Assembly: GCA_032250835.1 (NCBI GenBank)
Contig: JAVVEA010000005.1
Coordinates: 96,001-160,000 of the forward strand
Length of the DNA stretch: 64,000 nt
DNA from: a bacterium
GTDB taxonomy: Bacteria; SAR324; XYD2-FULL-50-16
Reading direction: 5' to 3'
Part shown: piece by piece, positions 19,100 to 27,494 of the stretch
Numbering within the stretch: position 1 is the first letter of the stretch
Layout: the number at the start of each line of letters is the position of its first letter
The notes under the pieces: model-generated
What the model was told of the DNA's origin: nothing
Database searches by the model: none
The model's input: only the letters and a program-made list of their open reading frames with translations
Program-made: the position numbers and the translations under genes

Positions 19100-20662
19100 T
19101 TAAAAGGTTAGGTCCACTTTGAGGCCCCCTTTGGGACTCAGGCTTTGGCTTGATTCGCCTAGCTCTAGAACCCCCCATTGGTAGTCCTGATATTCACCGC
19201 CCACAAACCCGCCTAGCGACAGGTCCAAAGGCAGCGGCCAGCGCAGCCATAAGGCCAAGGTGGTGCTGGTCCCCTTAAACCGCATAGCAGGCTCATTGGC
19301 TGGGGCGTCGGCTTCGCGGGTAAAATCCATGCGGCGGTGGATCAGGCTGATTTCGGGCTCTAAAGGCAGCGTTTCAGAGAGGTCCAAATTGAAGCGGTAA
19401 TGGCGGATTTTGGTCAAATAGTTGGGAGCCGCCGCGATTTCGGCGCGCAGGCGTTCTTTCTCGGCGATTTGTTCGGGGCTATCCCCTTCGCTGATGATGA
19501 TGTTATCCACCTTCCCGTCCACCGACCAGCCAACGTGCAACTCTGCCTTTAAGTCTAAGTCACGGTAGCTCAGCGCCATTTTGTTGATCTCCACTCGGTG
19601 ACGGAAGAAGGCCTCGTCAATATTAACGCCGTACTGCATGGGCATCCACATATATTCTATGGCCCAGGCATCATAGTCAAAACCGCCCATAATATGGTGC
19701 AACTCATTGAGCCTAAAGTCCACCGCCCCCATGTCTTCAGGCTTCCATTTATAGCGTTCCTCGCCCAGTAACAGCCGGTCAAAGTCGTACATGATGCTAA
19801 AGTGCACATAGTCCGCCTTAAGGCGGTAGTAAAACTGGCTCTGGGGCTCTTCATGTAGGCTATAGGGCATCGGGTGGGTACCGGTGACCAAAACCCGCTG
19901 GAACCCAAAGGGCCCTTCGGACAACTGTGACACGAAGCTGGGGATGAAGCTATTGACCCGAGAGCGACTCGCCCCGTAGCGGGTGCCCGAAACAAACCAA
20001 AGGCCGAGACTGTTAAAGTTTTGGTAAACCTGAGGAACAGCGTAGAAAACCTTGTTTTCCCGGTATTCTTCCACCACTTTATAGGCCCCTTGCATCCGGT
20101 CTAATTCCCGGCGGATCAACAGTGGATCGCCCAAGAGTTGCTGCGGATTGATCCGGTTTTCTTTGGGTTGAGCGGCGCAATGGGCAAAGGGATAGGGATG
20201 GGCAAAGCTAGCCTGCTGGCCGCTAGTGGAGCCAAAACTAAGCGGTTTAAGTTCTTCTTGACGGACGATGTCCCAAATTGCGTCGCGCCGGATAATGGTT
20301 TCGCGGCCGTTGAGGCTCAAAAAGCTAATTTCTTGTTCGCTAAAATCTATCGGCCAGCCTTGCACCAATGGCTTTAAAACCCCCTGGTGCCTTGTGCGCA
20401 CCTCCAAGGGGGCTAAAGCCGGGCGGTCAATCTGAGGCAAAAACAACTCACCCATAGGGTAAGAGGCCATGTAGATCACGTCGAAGCGGTCGATCTCTTC
20501 AAACTTCCCCTTTAAATCTAAAAGGGTTAATTTCTCTTCCCCAACATCCAAAATCACCCCAACCGAACGGTTGCAGGCTCCTTTGTATAAGGCGGTGATG
20601 TTGAGCGCTTGGGCGGCCTGGGGGAGGCCTACCGCCCAAAGGAGCACCGCCCCCAGCGCCAT
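19100..20662 (-). CDS. Secreted/outer-membrane hypothetical protein, paralog 2
   Basis: Signal peptide (AAQA); shared motifs with 20667-22265; C-terminal amphipathic strands ending KVDLTF. Confidence 0.75.
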   Translation of the reverse strand: MALGAVLLWAVGLPQAAQALNITALYKGACNRSVGVILDVGEEKLTLLDLKGKFEEIDRFDVIYMASYPMGELFLPQIDRPALAPLEVRTRHQGVLKPLVQGWPIDFSEQEISFLSLNGRETIIRRDAIWDIVRQEELKPLSFGSTSGQQASFAHPYPFAHCAAQPKENRINPQQLLGDPLLIRRELDRMQGAYKVVEEYRENKVFYAVPQVYQNFNSLGLWFVSGTRYGASRSRVNSFIPSFVSQLSEGPFGFQRVLVTGTHPMPYSLHEEPQSQFYYRLKADYVHFSIMYDFDRLLLGEERYKWKPEDMGAVDFRLNELHHIMGGFDYDAWAIEYMWMPMQYGVNIDEAFFRHRVEINKMALSYRDLDLKAELHVGWSVDGKVDNIIISEGDSPEQIAEKERLRAEIAAAPNYLTKIRHYRFNLDLSETLPLEPEISLIHRRMDFTREADAPANEPAMRFKGTSTTLALWLRWPLPLDLSLGGFVGGEYQDYQWGVLELGESSQSLSPKGGLKVDLTF

Positions 20663-20666
20663 GGAT

Positions 20667-22265
20667 TTATAAAATAAATTCAATGGACCCCACCAAGGAA
20701 TACTGGTTTTCCTGGAACCGGCTCGAAGAACCAAAATCCAGTTGGTAGTCGCGCAAGAAGAAATTCAGCTGGCCAGTCAAGACCACATAGCTCCCAAAGC
20801 GTTGTCTGGCATACATCAACGTCTTGATCTGATTTCCTTTAAAACTGCGGTCCTGCTCTTTAAAGACCTCTCGGTAATCTACCTGCTGCAAAATCGCCGC
20901 ACCGCCAAAGGTGATTTCGGGGTCCCAGCGGTAGTCATAATTGCTTCGCAGGTAAAAGACATCAAAACTGAAGCGTTGCAACTGGGCACGCAACTGGGAT
21001 TCTGAATCTAAGGCCAAGCTCGCGCTGATCATCGCGTCGGAGTCGTTTAGGCGCAGCTGTCGCTCATCGGGTTCATCCGCCTCGGCGTGGCTTTTGGCCC
21101 AGATCAGCTTAAAGGAGGATTTAGGGTGCTGGAACATAAACCGGAAGATCGGCGTGGCCTCGGTAGCTAAGACTTCTCGAAAAAGCCCGCCTGCGTTGAG
21201 CCCATAAATGGGATAATATACCCCCGCCGCCAGCGAAAAAGGCCCGTAATCTATCCCCGAAAGGGCTAAATAGTTGAAGCTTTCATTAACCGCCGCTTCT
21301 TTAGCGACGACCTTTTTGTAATAGTCCAGCGCAAAGGCCCGATTGGCGACCATGAACCCACTACCCGCCGCCAGGGCCATCGGGTTGCCCACAAAGCTGG
21401 CGTTGAAGAAATGGGATTTTAGGTCCGTCTGCATCACAAAAACCGGCTCTACTTGGGGCAGCCATTCTACCTGCTTGGTGCCCAAAACCGTCAGGCCTTG
21501 GTGGCTGTAAGGACGACCGGCGGACCATTGGAAGTAAAAGGGGAAAAAGGAGGGGAGTTCCTCATTGCTGTTAGGAACCGTCAGCGGCAGGCCAAACTTG
21601 GTTTCCTCATCAAAAACAAAGGGCCTTGCGTAAAACTGGGTGCGTTCTTGAAAACGCCGCAAATTGGTGAAGCCCTCTTGATAGGCCCCAAAGAACTGGC
21701 TGATGCGGATTTGATCGCTGATCACCCGGGTCGGAAAGAGCGGCTCGCCGGGTCCCGGAGCCTCTTGGTCGTGGCACTGCGAAAGCCCCTGACCCAGACG
21801 GGGCGAAACGGGCTGGGCTTTGGTCGGCGCTAGCTCGGCGGTGAGATGGACGGGCGCTTTAATCCGCACGATTTGGTCGATGCCCACCAAGGAGGTCTTG
21901 CCGTTGGTGTCGTAATAAACCACCAACTCTTCTAAGAACCGGATGGGCCAGCCAGTGAAGGCCGGACCGCCCCGGTGCTTTAGGTGGATTTCGCGTAACT
22001 CCGATTGCAACCGACCGGTCAGGCGGACTTGGGAGATCGGGTTTTCCAGTGCATTGTAGACTAGGATATGGCGTACTTCTTCGCGCCGGATACTGTTGAG
22101 GCGGCCATCTAAGCCCAACAGGTCGATTTGCTGGGCGTCTGTGTAGATGATCAACCCAGCCGGGCCTTCGCACTGGGCGTCCAGCAATCGATAGAGTTCG
22201 ATGGCCTGCGTGGCGGGAACCTGGACCAACAAAAGCGCCAGGAAGGCTAAAATTATCCGGTTCAT
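20667..22265 (-). CDS. Secreted/outer-membrane hypothetical protein, paralog 1
   Basis: Signal peptide (ATQA); shared motifs with 19100-20662; C-terminus VGSIEFIL. Confidence 0.75.
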   Translation of the reverse strand: MNRIILAFLALLLVQVPATQAIELYRLLDAQCEGPAGLIIYTDAQQIDLLGLDGRLNSIRREEVRHILVYNALENPISQVRLTGRLQSELREIHLKHRGGPAFTGWPIRFLEELVVYYDTNGKTSLVGIDQIVRIKAPVHLTAELAPTKAQPVSPRLGQGLSQCHDQEAPGPGEPLFPTRVISDQIRISQFFGAYQEGFTNLRRFQERTQFYARPFVFDEETKFGLPLTVPNSNEELPSFFPFYFQWSAGRPYSHQGLTVLGTKQVEWLPQVEPVFVMQTDLKSHFFNASFVGNPMALAAGSGFMVANRAFALDYYKKVVAKEAAVNESFNYLALSGIDYGPFSLAAGVYYPIYGLNAGGLFREVLATEATPIFRFMFQHPKSSFKLIWAKSHAEADEPDERQLRLNDSDAMISASLALDSESQLRAQLQRFSFDVFYLRSNYDYRWDPEITFGGAAILQQVDYREVFKEQDRSFKGNQIKTLMYARQRFGSYVVLTGQLNFFLRDYQLDFGSSSRFQENQYSLVGSIEFIL

Positions 22266-22936
22266 GGTAAAGTGATATTTTTCACAAATCGTTCAAATAA
22301 GTCGTCTAACTGAGGCAATACCCACTCACGACCGGGCAATTCCGCTGTGTCCCAGGCCTGGGCTACCAATTGAGGGGTCAAGCAGGCTAAAGCGGGCCCA
22401 GAGATTTCGGCGAAACTGACGTGCCAAGGTTCGGGGGCCACGCCGCCTAAATCACGGGCATAGGGGCGGAAAAAACCAAAGGGGCTTAGGTTATGATCCA
22501 GCCACCGGTTTAATTTTTCGAAAACCCCGCCGTTGGCGTATTCTTCGGGCAGTAGCTGCACCTGATAACCCGGCGGGAGGGCGGCCAAATCGATCAAGTC
22601 CAATTCGCTGCCCCAATGGTGCCGACTAGCACCGGGCAGAGCCGACCAACGCAGAATCGCCAAAACCAAGGCCTCAGGGGAGAGGGACTCAAAGTCCAGA
22701 ACCTTTCCCTGGGTATCATAAAGCGGGCGTTGGCCCGTTAGCTTAAGCCGCCAGATTCTCGCCTGGCTCTCAAAATCACGAAAGCCCGAAAAGACCCCTA
22801 GTTCGATCCCTTCCTTGCGGGCTTTTTGACGTAGGTCGATAAAAGCGCGCACCGCCAAGGGCGCGGCGGCAAAGCGCGGCTCTTGCACCTGAAGTATATG
22901 CTGGCGGGTTTTCCCGGTCAACTCGGCGGGCGTCAT
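22262..22936 (-). CDS. M15-family D-Ala-D-Ala carboxypeptidase (VanY-like)
   Basis: SGFRDF..Q, SALPGASRHHWG..LD, EPWH. Confidence 0.92.
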   Translation of the reverse strand: MTPAELTGKTRQHILQVQEPRFAAAPLAVRAFIDLRQKARKEGIELGVFSGFRDFESQARIWRLKLTGQRPLYDTQGKVLDFESLSPEALVLAILRWSALPGASRHHWGSELDLIDLAALPPGYQVQLLPEEYANGGVFEKLNRWLDHNLSPFGFFRPYARDLGGVAPEPWHVSFAEISGPALACLTPQLVAQAWDTAELPGREWVLPQLDDLFERFVKNITLP

Positions 22937-23568
22937 GAGGGATATAAGACCTCTTTTAAATCGCGCTGGGGAAGTTTGGACAGTTGGCTGAAGATGGCTT
23001 CGACCTGTTGCCGCGTTTCTTCTAAGCTGCCGGAGTTATCCACCACATAGTCGGCGCGGGCTCGCTTTTCTTCGAGTGGTAATTGGGCCTGAATGCGCCG
23101 CTCGATCTCAACTAGGTTCATGCCGCGCCCCTCGACCAACCGGCGGACCTGTTCGGCAGGCTCCAAGGCAACCAAGATCGTGGCGGCAAAGCGAGATTGG
23201 AGGTTTTTTTCAAATAATAGGGGGATTAGGTAACAGACCCGGGCGTCGGGGTCTTGTTGGAACAACTGCCGCAACAGCCGCTTTTTTTCATGGGCGATGC
23301 GCCGGTGGGTGATCGCTTCTAGCTCGCGCAGTAAAGGCAGCTCATTAAAAACGATTTCCGCCACCCTCTGGCGGTCCATTTCGCCGTTGGGCAAGAGGAT
23401 CTTAGGACCTAACAGGTCGACCACCTCTTCTAAGCCCTCACTCCCCTTGGCCACCACCTTGCGGGCTAGTTGGTCTGAATCAATGATGCGCCAGCCTAAG
23501 GCTTCAACCATCGGGGCCAGCGTGCTTTTCCCCGAGCCGATTCCTCCGGTCAAGGCCACCAAGATCAT
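22933..23568 (-). CDS. coaE: Dephospho-CoA kinase
   Basis: ALTGGIGSGKST, IDSD.LAR, IPLLFE, RI.AQLP.EEK...ADYVVDNSG. Confidence 0.95.
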   Translation of the reverse strand: MILVALTGGIGSGKSTLAPMVEALGWRIIDSDQLARKVVAKGSEGLEEVVDLLGPKILLPNGEMDRQRVAEIVFNELPLLRELEAITHRRIAHEKKRLLRQLFQQDPDARVCYLIPLLFEKNLQSRFAATILVALEPAEQVRRLVEGRGMNLVEIERRIQAQLPLEEKRARADYVVDNSGSLEETRQQVEAIFSQLSKLPQRDLKEVLYPS

Positions 23569-23569
23569 C

Positions 23570-24109
23570 TCAGTTCTCCCGTAGGTACCCAATCAAAGAC
23601 CCAAACCAACGCGTCAGGGTCAGGTAATATTTAACCAAAATCAAGGCCAGGAAATACCAAACCAGCAGACTGTGGGAAATATGCAGTAATTCTAACCCAG
23701 GCCATCCGCCCAGGTGCAGACGGGTTTTAAGGTGCAACAGTAAGCCCAATAGGGCAATCAAGCCGAGGGTAGAAAAAAACATCAGGTCCACCCAATGCCG
23801 GGGGCCTCGGCTTTTTATCTCGCGGATTTGGTCGCGGGCGGCGCTGCCTGCTTGTTTGAGCGCCACCTTCGGCGCGGTACGTCCCTGTATCCGGTCGTAA
23901 ACCAAAGCGACCAATACGGTGATCAACAAGATGCCAAAGGCCCGGTGGAACAATTGCATCTCGATGCGCCCAAAGGACTCTAAGATTTCTAAACGCCGCA
24001 GACCCAAGGCGGTCAGGTAACAAAGCAGGATCGCCGAGGGCAAGCCAAAACGGCGGAACTGGCGGATGCCAAATTCGTAGGCTGAAAAACGCAGCGATTG
24101 GAGATTCAT
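23570..24109 (-). CDS. Ni/Fe-hydrogenase cytochrome b-like membrane subunit with a reduced His set
   Basis: Four hydrophobic segments, third gene after small and large subunit homologs; LFHRAFG (TM2) and HISHSLL..LILVKYY (TM4). Confidence 0.7.
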   Translation of the reverse strand: MNLQSLRFSAYEFGIRQFRRFGLPSAILLCYLTALGLRRLEILESFGRIEMQLFHRAFGILLITVLVALVYDRIQGRTAPKVALKQAGSAARDQIREIKSRGPRHWVDLMFFSTLGLIALLGLLLHLKTRLHLGGWPGLELLHISHSLLVWYFLALILVKYYLTLTRWFGSLIGYLREN

Positions 24110-24115
24110 CGGCTC

Positions 24116-25576
24116 CTATTGGGTAGCGTCCAGGGCCATCGCATAATAGCTATGTAAAATGCGGTTGGCGGTCAGCGGTTTGATCGGGTTGTTCTCACTC
24201 AGTCGGTTCAACTCAGACTCGACCAAGCCGGTCTTGCCGAATTCGTCACGGCTGCTGAGCGTCCAGTTGGCCGGTGCCACGATCCGGTATCCGGTGATGG
24301 CTCCTTCGCCGATAAAGACCTGGTGCATCAAGCTACCCGAAGGCGCTTCGACCAGCCCCGTCCCGGTCCCACGCCCAGAGAAGGCAAGGGGCCGTTGTAG
24401 GTTGAGCTTTTGGCTAAAATCAAAACCCATCAGACTCTTAAAGAGGCTTAACATCAAAAAGCGCCCTTCAAAAGCTTCGGCCAGCAAGCGTGAGGCCGCG
24501 CTATTAGCGCGGTCGGAGCTAAGGCCTAGGTCTTCGATCCAAGCCGAGATGCTGTCGGAAATCTGCACGTTGCCGCCGCCGTAGTGGGTCACCAACATCC
24601 GCGCCAGGGGACCGGTCTGCATCACTTCGATTTCGTACCGGGCGGCTTTGATCCAGGTTTTCGCCTCTTTTTTGTTGAGGTCATAAATCAGATCGTTGGA
24701 CAGGCTCTTATTGTCCGCCGAACGGTAATAAGTGTCCACGAAAGATTCGGTCACCTTAGCGGCATTCAGGGGCTCCAATTTACCGTCCAGGTAAACACCG
24801 GAGGTATAATAAGAGGGGTCATCTTTGGCGTTTTCGATGTCCATGGAACCGAAGCTGATGAGCTGTTGGTTCTCGCCTAGTCCCTGGGCCAACTCCGGGG
24901 TTGCGCCGATCAAGGCCCGCAGATCGCCCGGCCAAGTTACCTCTACTGTTTGTTTGATGCCTTCGAGCAGCCGCAACAACCGCATCACCTGGTCTCGACT
25001 GACTTGCTGGTTAGTCACCCCGCCGGGGATCAAGTTCATCACGATCGGGAACTTTCCGCCTAGAAGCCCCAAACATTGTTGTAGCTTGCCTAAACAGGTC
25101 ACTACCTGGGGCAAATGGCTCAAAATCAGCCGCCCGCTTTCATGGCCTAAATCGCCCGGGGCTTCTTCACGCATCGCTAAAGCCGGAAAAAAGCTAGCCC
25201 GCAGCAGGCCTTGGGCCTTAAAGTGACGCTGGTTCAGATAGTCCGGCAGGACTTCAAAATAGAAATGAGAAATATGGGCGTGTAAAGTGGAGAGCTGCAG
25301 CATGATCTGGCGGATCTTCTGGCCCCCGTAGGTAGGCTTGATCTGGAGAAAGTTTTCCAGCGCTAAGGCAGCCGCCAAACCGTGAGCCACCCCGTTTTTG
25401 GCCGAAAGGGTCTGGGTCAGTTGGACTGCCTCCAAAGGAGACTTGCCAAAGAGCCGCCCTTCCATGTGCAGGGTGCGGCCCGACTGCAATAAAACCCGCC
25501 CTTCTTCGCCGTCGGTCTCCACCGAAACCTTCAACAGGCCTTCAATATTAGGAACCCGTTCGATCAATGATTTCAA
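24116..25576 (-). CDS. [NiFe]-hydrogenase large-subunit homolog lacking all metal-binding cysteines
   Basis: IEG..KV, HISHFY..LPDY, WIKAARY, GPLARM, EAPSG.L.H, APANW..S.RD..G..G..E; L1 and L2 CxxC motifs absent. Confidence 0.9.
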   Translation of the reverse strand: MKSLIERVPNIEGLLKVSVETDGEEGRVLLQSGRTLHMEGRLFGKSPLEAVQLTQTLSAKNGVAHGLAAALALENFLQIKPTYGGQKIRQIMLQLSTLHAHISHFYFEVLPDYLNQRHFKAQGLLRASFFPALAMREEAPGDLGHESGRLILSHLPQVVTCLGKLQQCLGLLGGKFPIVMNLIPGGVTNQQVSRDQVMRLLRLLEGIKQTVEVTWPGDLRALIGATPELAQGLGENQQLISFGSMDIENAKDDPSYYTSGVYLDGKLEPLNAAKVTESFVDTYYRSADNKSLSNDLIYDLNKKEAKTWIKAARYEIEVMQTGPLARMLVTHYGGGNVQISDSISAWIEDLGLSSDRANSAASRLLAEAFEGRFLMLSLFKSLMGFDFSQKLNLQRPLAFSGRGTGTGLVEAPSGSLMHQVFIGEGAITGYRIVAPANWTLSSRDEFGKTGLVESELNRLSENNPIKPLTANRILHSYYAMALDATQ

Positions 25577-26547
25577 GACTCATCCTCCCGGTCGTCGATC
25601 TGGTATTTGCGGGCCGAGCGTTTGGTTGCTCCGTGGATTCCTAAGCCCACCAAGGTTACCCCAAAGGCCCCGTAGGCCAAATCTTCGGCATGACGGACCC
25701 AGCCAGACTGGACCCCGGCAATCCGGTGGCTCAGTTGGCCGAAAAGACCCTGACCATGGTGCGAGGGGTAGTCGGGTTCCGAACAGCCGGTGCAGGGGCT
25801 GCCTACCGAAACACACCATTCATCGCTGCCGTTCCATTGGACGATGGGGCAGTCATTATAGGTGACCCGGCCTTTGCAGCCTAAGAGATAAAGACAACCT
25901 TCGCGTTCGCCGTGGTAGCGTACATAATCGCCCTTTTCAAAGTCGCCCCGGTATTCACAGCGGTCACAGACCAACTGTTCAAAAAACATGCGGGGCCGGC
26001 GGTGTTCGTCTAGTTCAGGTAGGCCATACATCAACAAATGGTTGAGTAAACCCAGCAGATGACGAGATTGGGCCGGTTGGCCAGGGATGCGGATCACCGG
26101 GGCGGGAGCACCCGAAAGAATCTGTCCGTTGAGGTCTAAATACCCGCCGGGCTTTTCGGCCAAATAGCTAGCTTCATTCCCCAAAAGGACCACGACCTTC
26201 GCGCGGGTGATCCAAGCATGTAAGATTTGGTTGACCCGGTCTAAGGCATCGTCGGGGAAAGCGCCTTCCAAAATGAGGATCGGTGGGCTTTGGTCTTCCT
26301 GGGGTTCTTCTCCTTCGGCCTCTAGACGGCGGAAGTAGCGCGCCAAGAAGGAAGGATATTCCTCTAGGCCCCACAGCCCGAGGCTGTGCGTCTCTGCGCT
26401 GTTGCCTTTCAGCCAGACCAAGGGTTCGGCTGCGCCCACTTCTTCCTGGGCCAACAAGTTGCTCAAGTTGGCGCTGAGGAAAGAAAGGCTCAAGGCCCCG
26501 GTGCCCAGCAGGCGGATAAAGTCTCTTCTGTTGTGTTGGTGGCTCAT
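25573..26547 (-). CDS. Tat-exported [NiFe]-hydrogenase small-subunit homolog lacking proximal-cluster ligands
   Basis: NRRDFIR Tat motif; CDRC, GCLYLLGCKG, NDCP, WCVSVGSPCTGCSEP; C-terminal TM with GIH. Confidence 0.92.
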   Translation of the reverse strand: MSHQHNRRDFIRLLGTGALSLSFLSANLSNLLAQEEVGAAEPLVWLKGNSAETHSLGLWGLEEYPSFLARYFRRLEAEGEEPQEDQSPPILILEGAFPDDALDRVNQILHAWITRAKVVVLLGNEASYLAEKPGGYLDLNGQILSGAPAPVIRIPGQPAQSRHLLGLLNHLLMYGLPELDEHRRPRMFFEQLVCDRCEYRGDFEKGDYVRYHGEREGCLYLLGCKGRVTYNDCPIVQWNGSDEWCVSVGSPCTGCSEPDYPSHHGQGLFGQLSHRIAGVQSGWVRHAEDLAYGAFGVTLVGLGIHGATKRSARKYQIDDREDES

Positions 26548-26552
26548 AGAAT

Positions 26553-27488
26553 TTATTGACCGGTTCTTTCCCTTTGATACCGGTACAAAGGCGCTCCGTA
26601 AAGGTCAAAAAACCGCGCCGAGAGCCGCTCGCGATTGGCCTGAAGGTACAAGAAACCCTGGCCGGGGTGTAGGAAAAGCGAGCCGGAACGCCCCTGGGGC
26701 GACTGGGACCCCTTGTAGGGATAACCGCCACCACCGGAGATCAAAAAATCGGTGCCCTCAGGATTGAGCTGAATATGCTCTAAATGATGTTCATGGCCCG
26801 AGAGCAACAAATCCACTTGCTCCCCCAGCCAGACATCCCAAAGCCAACGCAGCATCGCCGGTGCATCGCCATGATCCCCTGAACCATAAAGATTGTGGTG
26901 GGCAAAAACCAAACGCCAAGACTGAGCCGGAGCCAAGTCCAGTTGGTCCTTGAGCCAACCCCAACCGAAGGGGCGGCAGTTGGAGTTGAGTCCATACAAC
27001 TCCACCGGTCCCGCGCTGAGGTGGTATTTAAAGTCCGGCATGCGCCACTTGAGGCTATGTAAGCTGTATTCACGCTGGGCCAGGACGGAGCCTTTGGCGT
27101 CGTGGTTGCCTAAAACCACCAGAAAAGGCAGGTCCAAGTCGGCGTAGACCGACTCAAAATGACTGACCCATTGGGGGTCGGCTAGGCTGGTGACTCCTTT
27201 GGGGTAAAAGTTATCGCCCAAATAGAGGACCAAGTCGCAGCCCAGTTCAGCGCAAACCTTGGCGATTGATTGGGCCACTTGGGCTTGCAACCATTCGCCG
27301 GTACCCGCGTCGCCCAAGACAATCAACCGCAGCTCCGCTTTGCCCTTAAAGGTGTCTAGGGACATCAAAGCCCCCTGATCGGCGCAGCCCTTAGCCTGCC
27401 ATTGGGACCTTAGCTGCAGCAACGCCCATAAACCTAACAACAGCAGCACAGCGGCCAAAGCCCAGCGGAAGCGGCCTTTGGGTAACAT
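26553..27488 (-). CDS. Exported purple-acid-phosphatase-like metallophosphoesterase
   Basis: N-terminal TM/signal; LGDAG, LGDNFY, LGNHD, AHH, SGHEH. Confidence 0.9.
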   Translation of the reverse strand: MLPKGRFRWALAAVLLLLGLWALLQLRSQWQAKGCADQGALMSLDTFKGKAELRLIVLGDAGTGEWLQAQVAQSIAKVCAELGCDLVLYLGDNFYPKGVTSLADPQWVSHFESVYADLDLPFLVVLGNHDAKGSVLAQREYSLHSLKWRMPDFKYHLSAGPVELYGLNSNCRPFGWGWLKDQLDLAPAQSWRLVFAHHNLYGSGDHGDAPAMLRWLWDVWLGEQVDLLLSGHEHHLEHIQLNPEGTDFLISGGGGYPYKGSQSPQGRSGSLFLHPGQGFLYLQANRERLSARFFDLYGAPLYRYQRERTGQ

Positions 27489-27494
27489 GGGGAT

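Noticed and set aside
24116-24160. Selenocysteine read-through or a frameshift restoring the hydrogenase L2 motif
   Set aside because: The stop is TAG, not TGA; the C-terminus aligns colinearly with the L2 region; L1 is also Cys-free; the next gene begins 6 bp later.
24116-26547. Calling these a functional H2-uptake hydrogenase, or complex I NuoB/NuoD
   Set aside because: There are no Ni ligands. The Tat signal, medial/distal cluster domain and cytochrome b partner are group-1 features absent from NuoB/D, and the N2-equivalent proximal ligands are lost.
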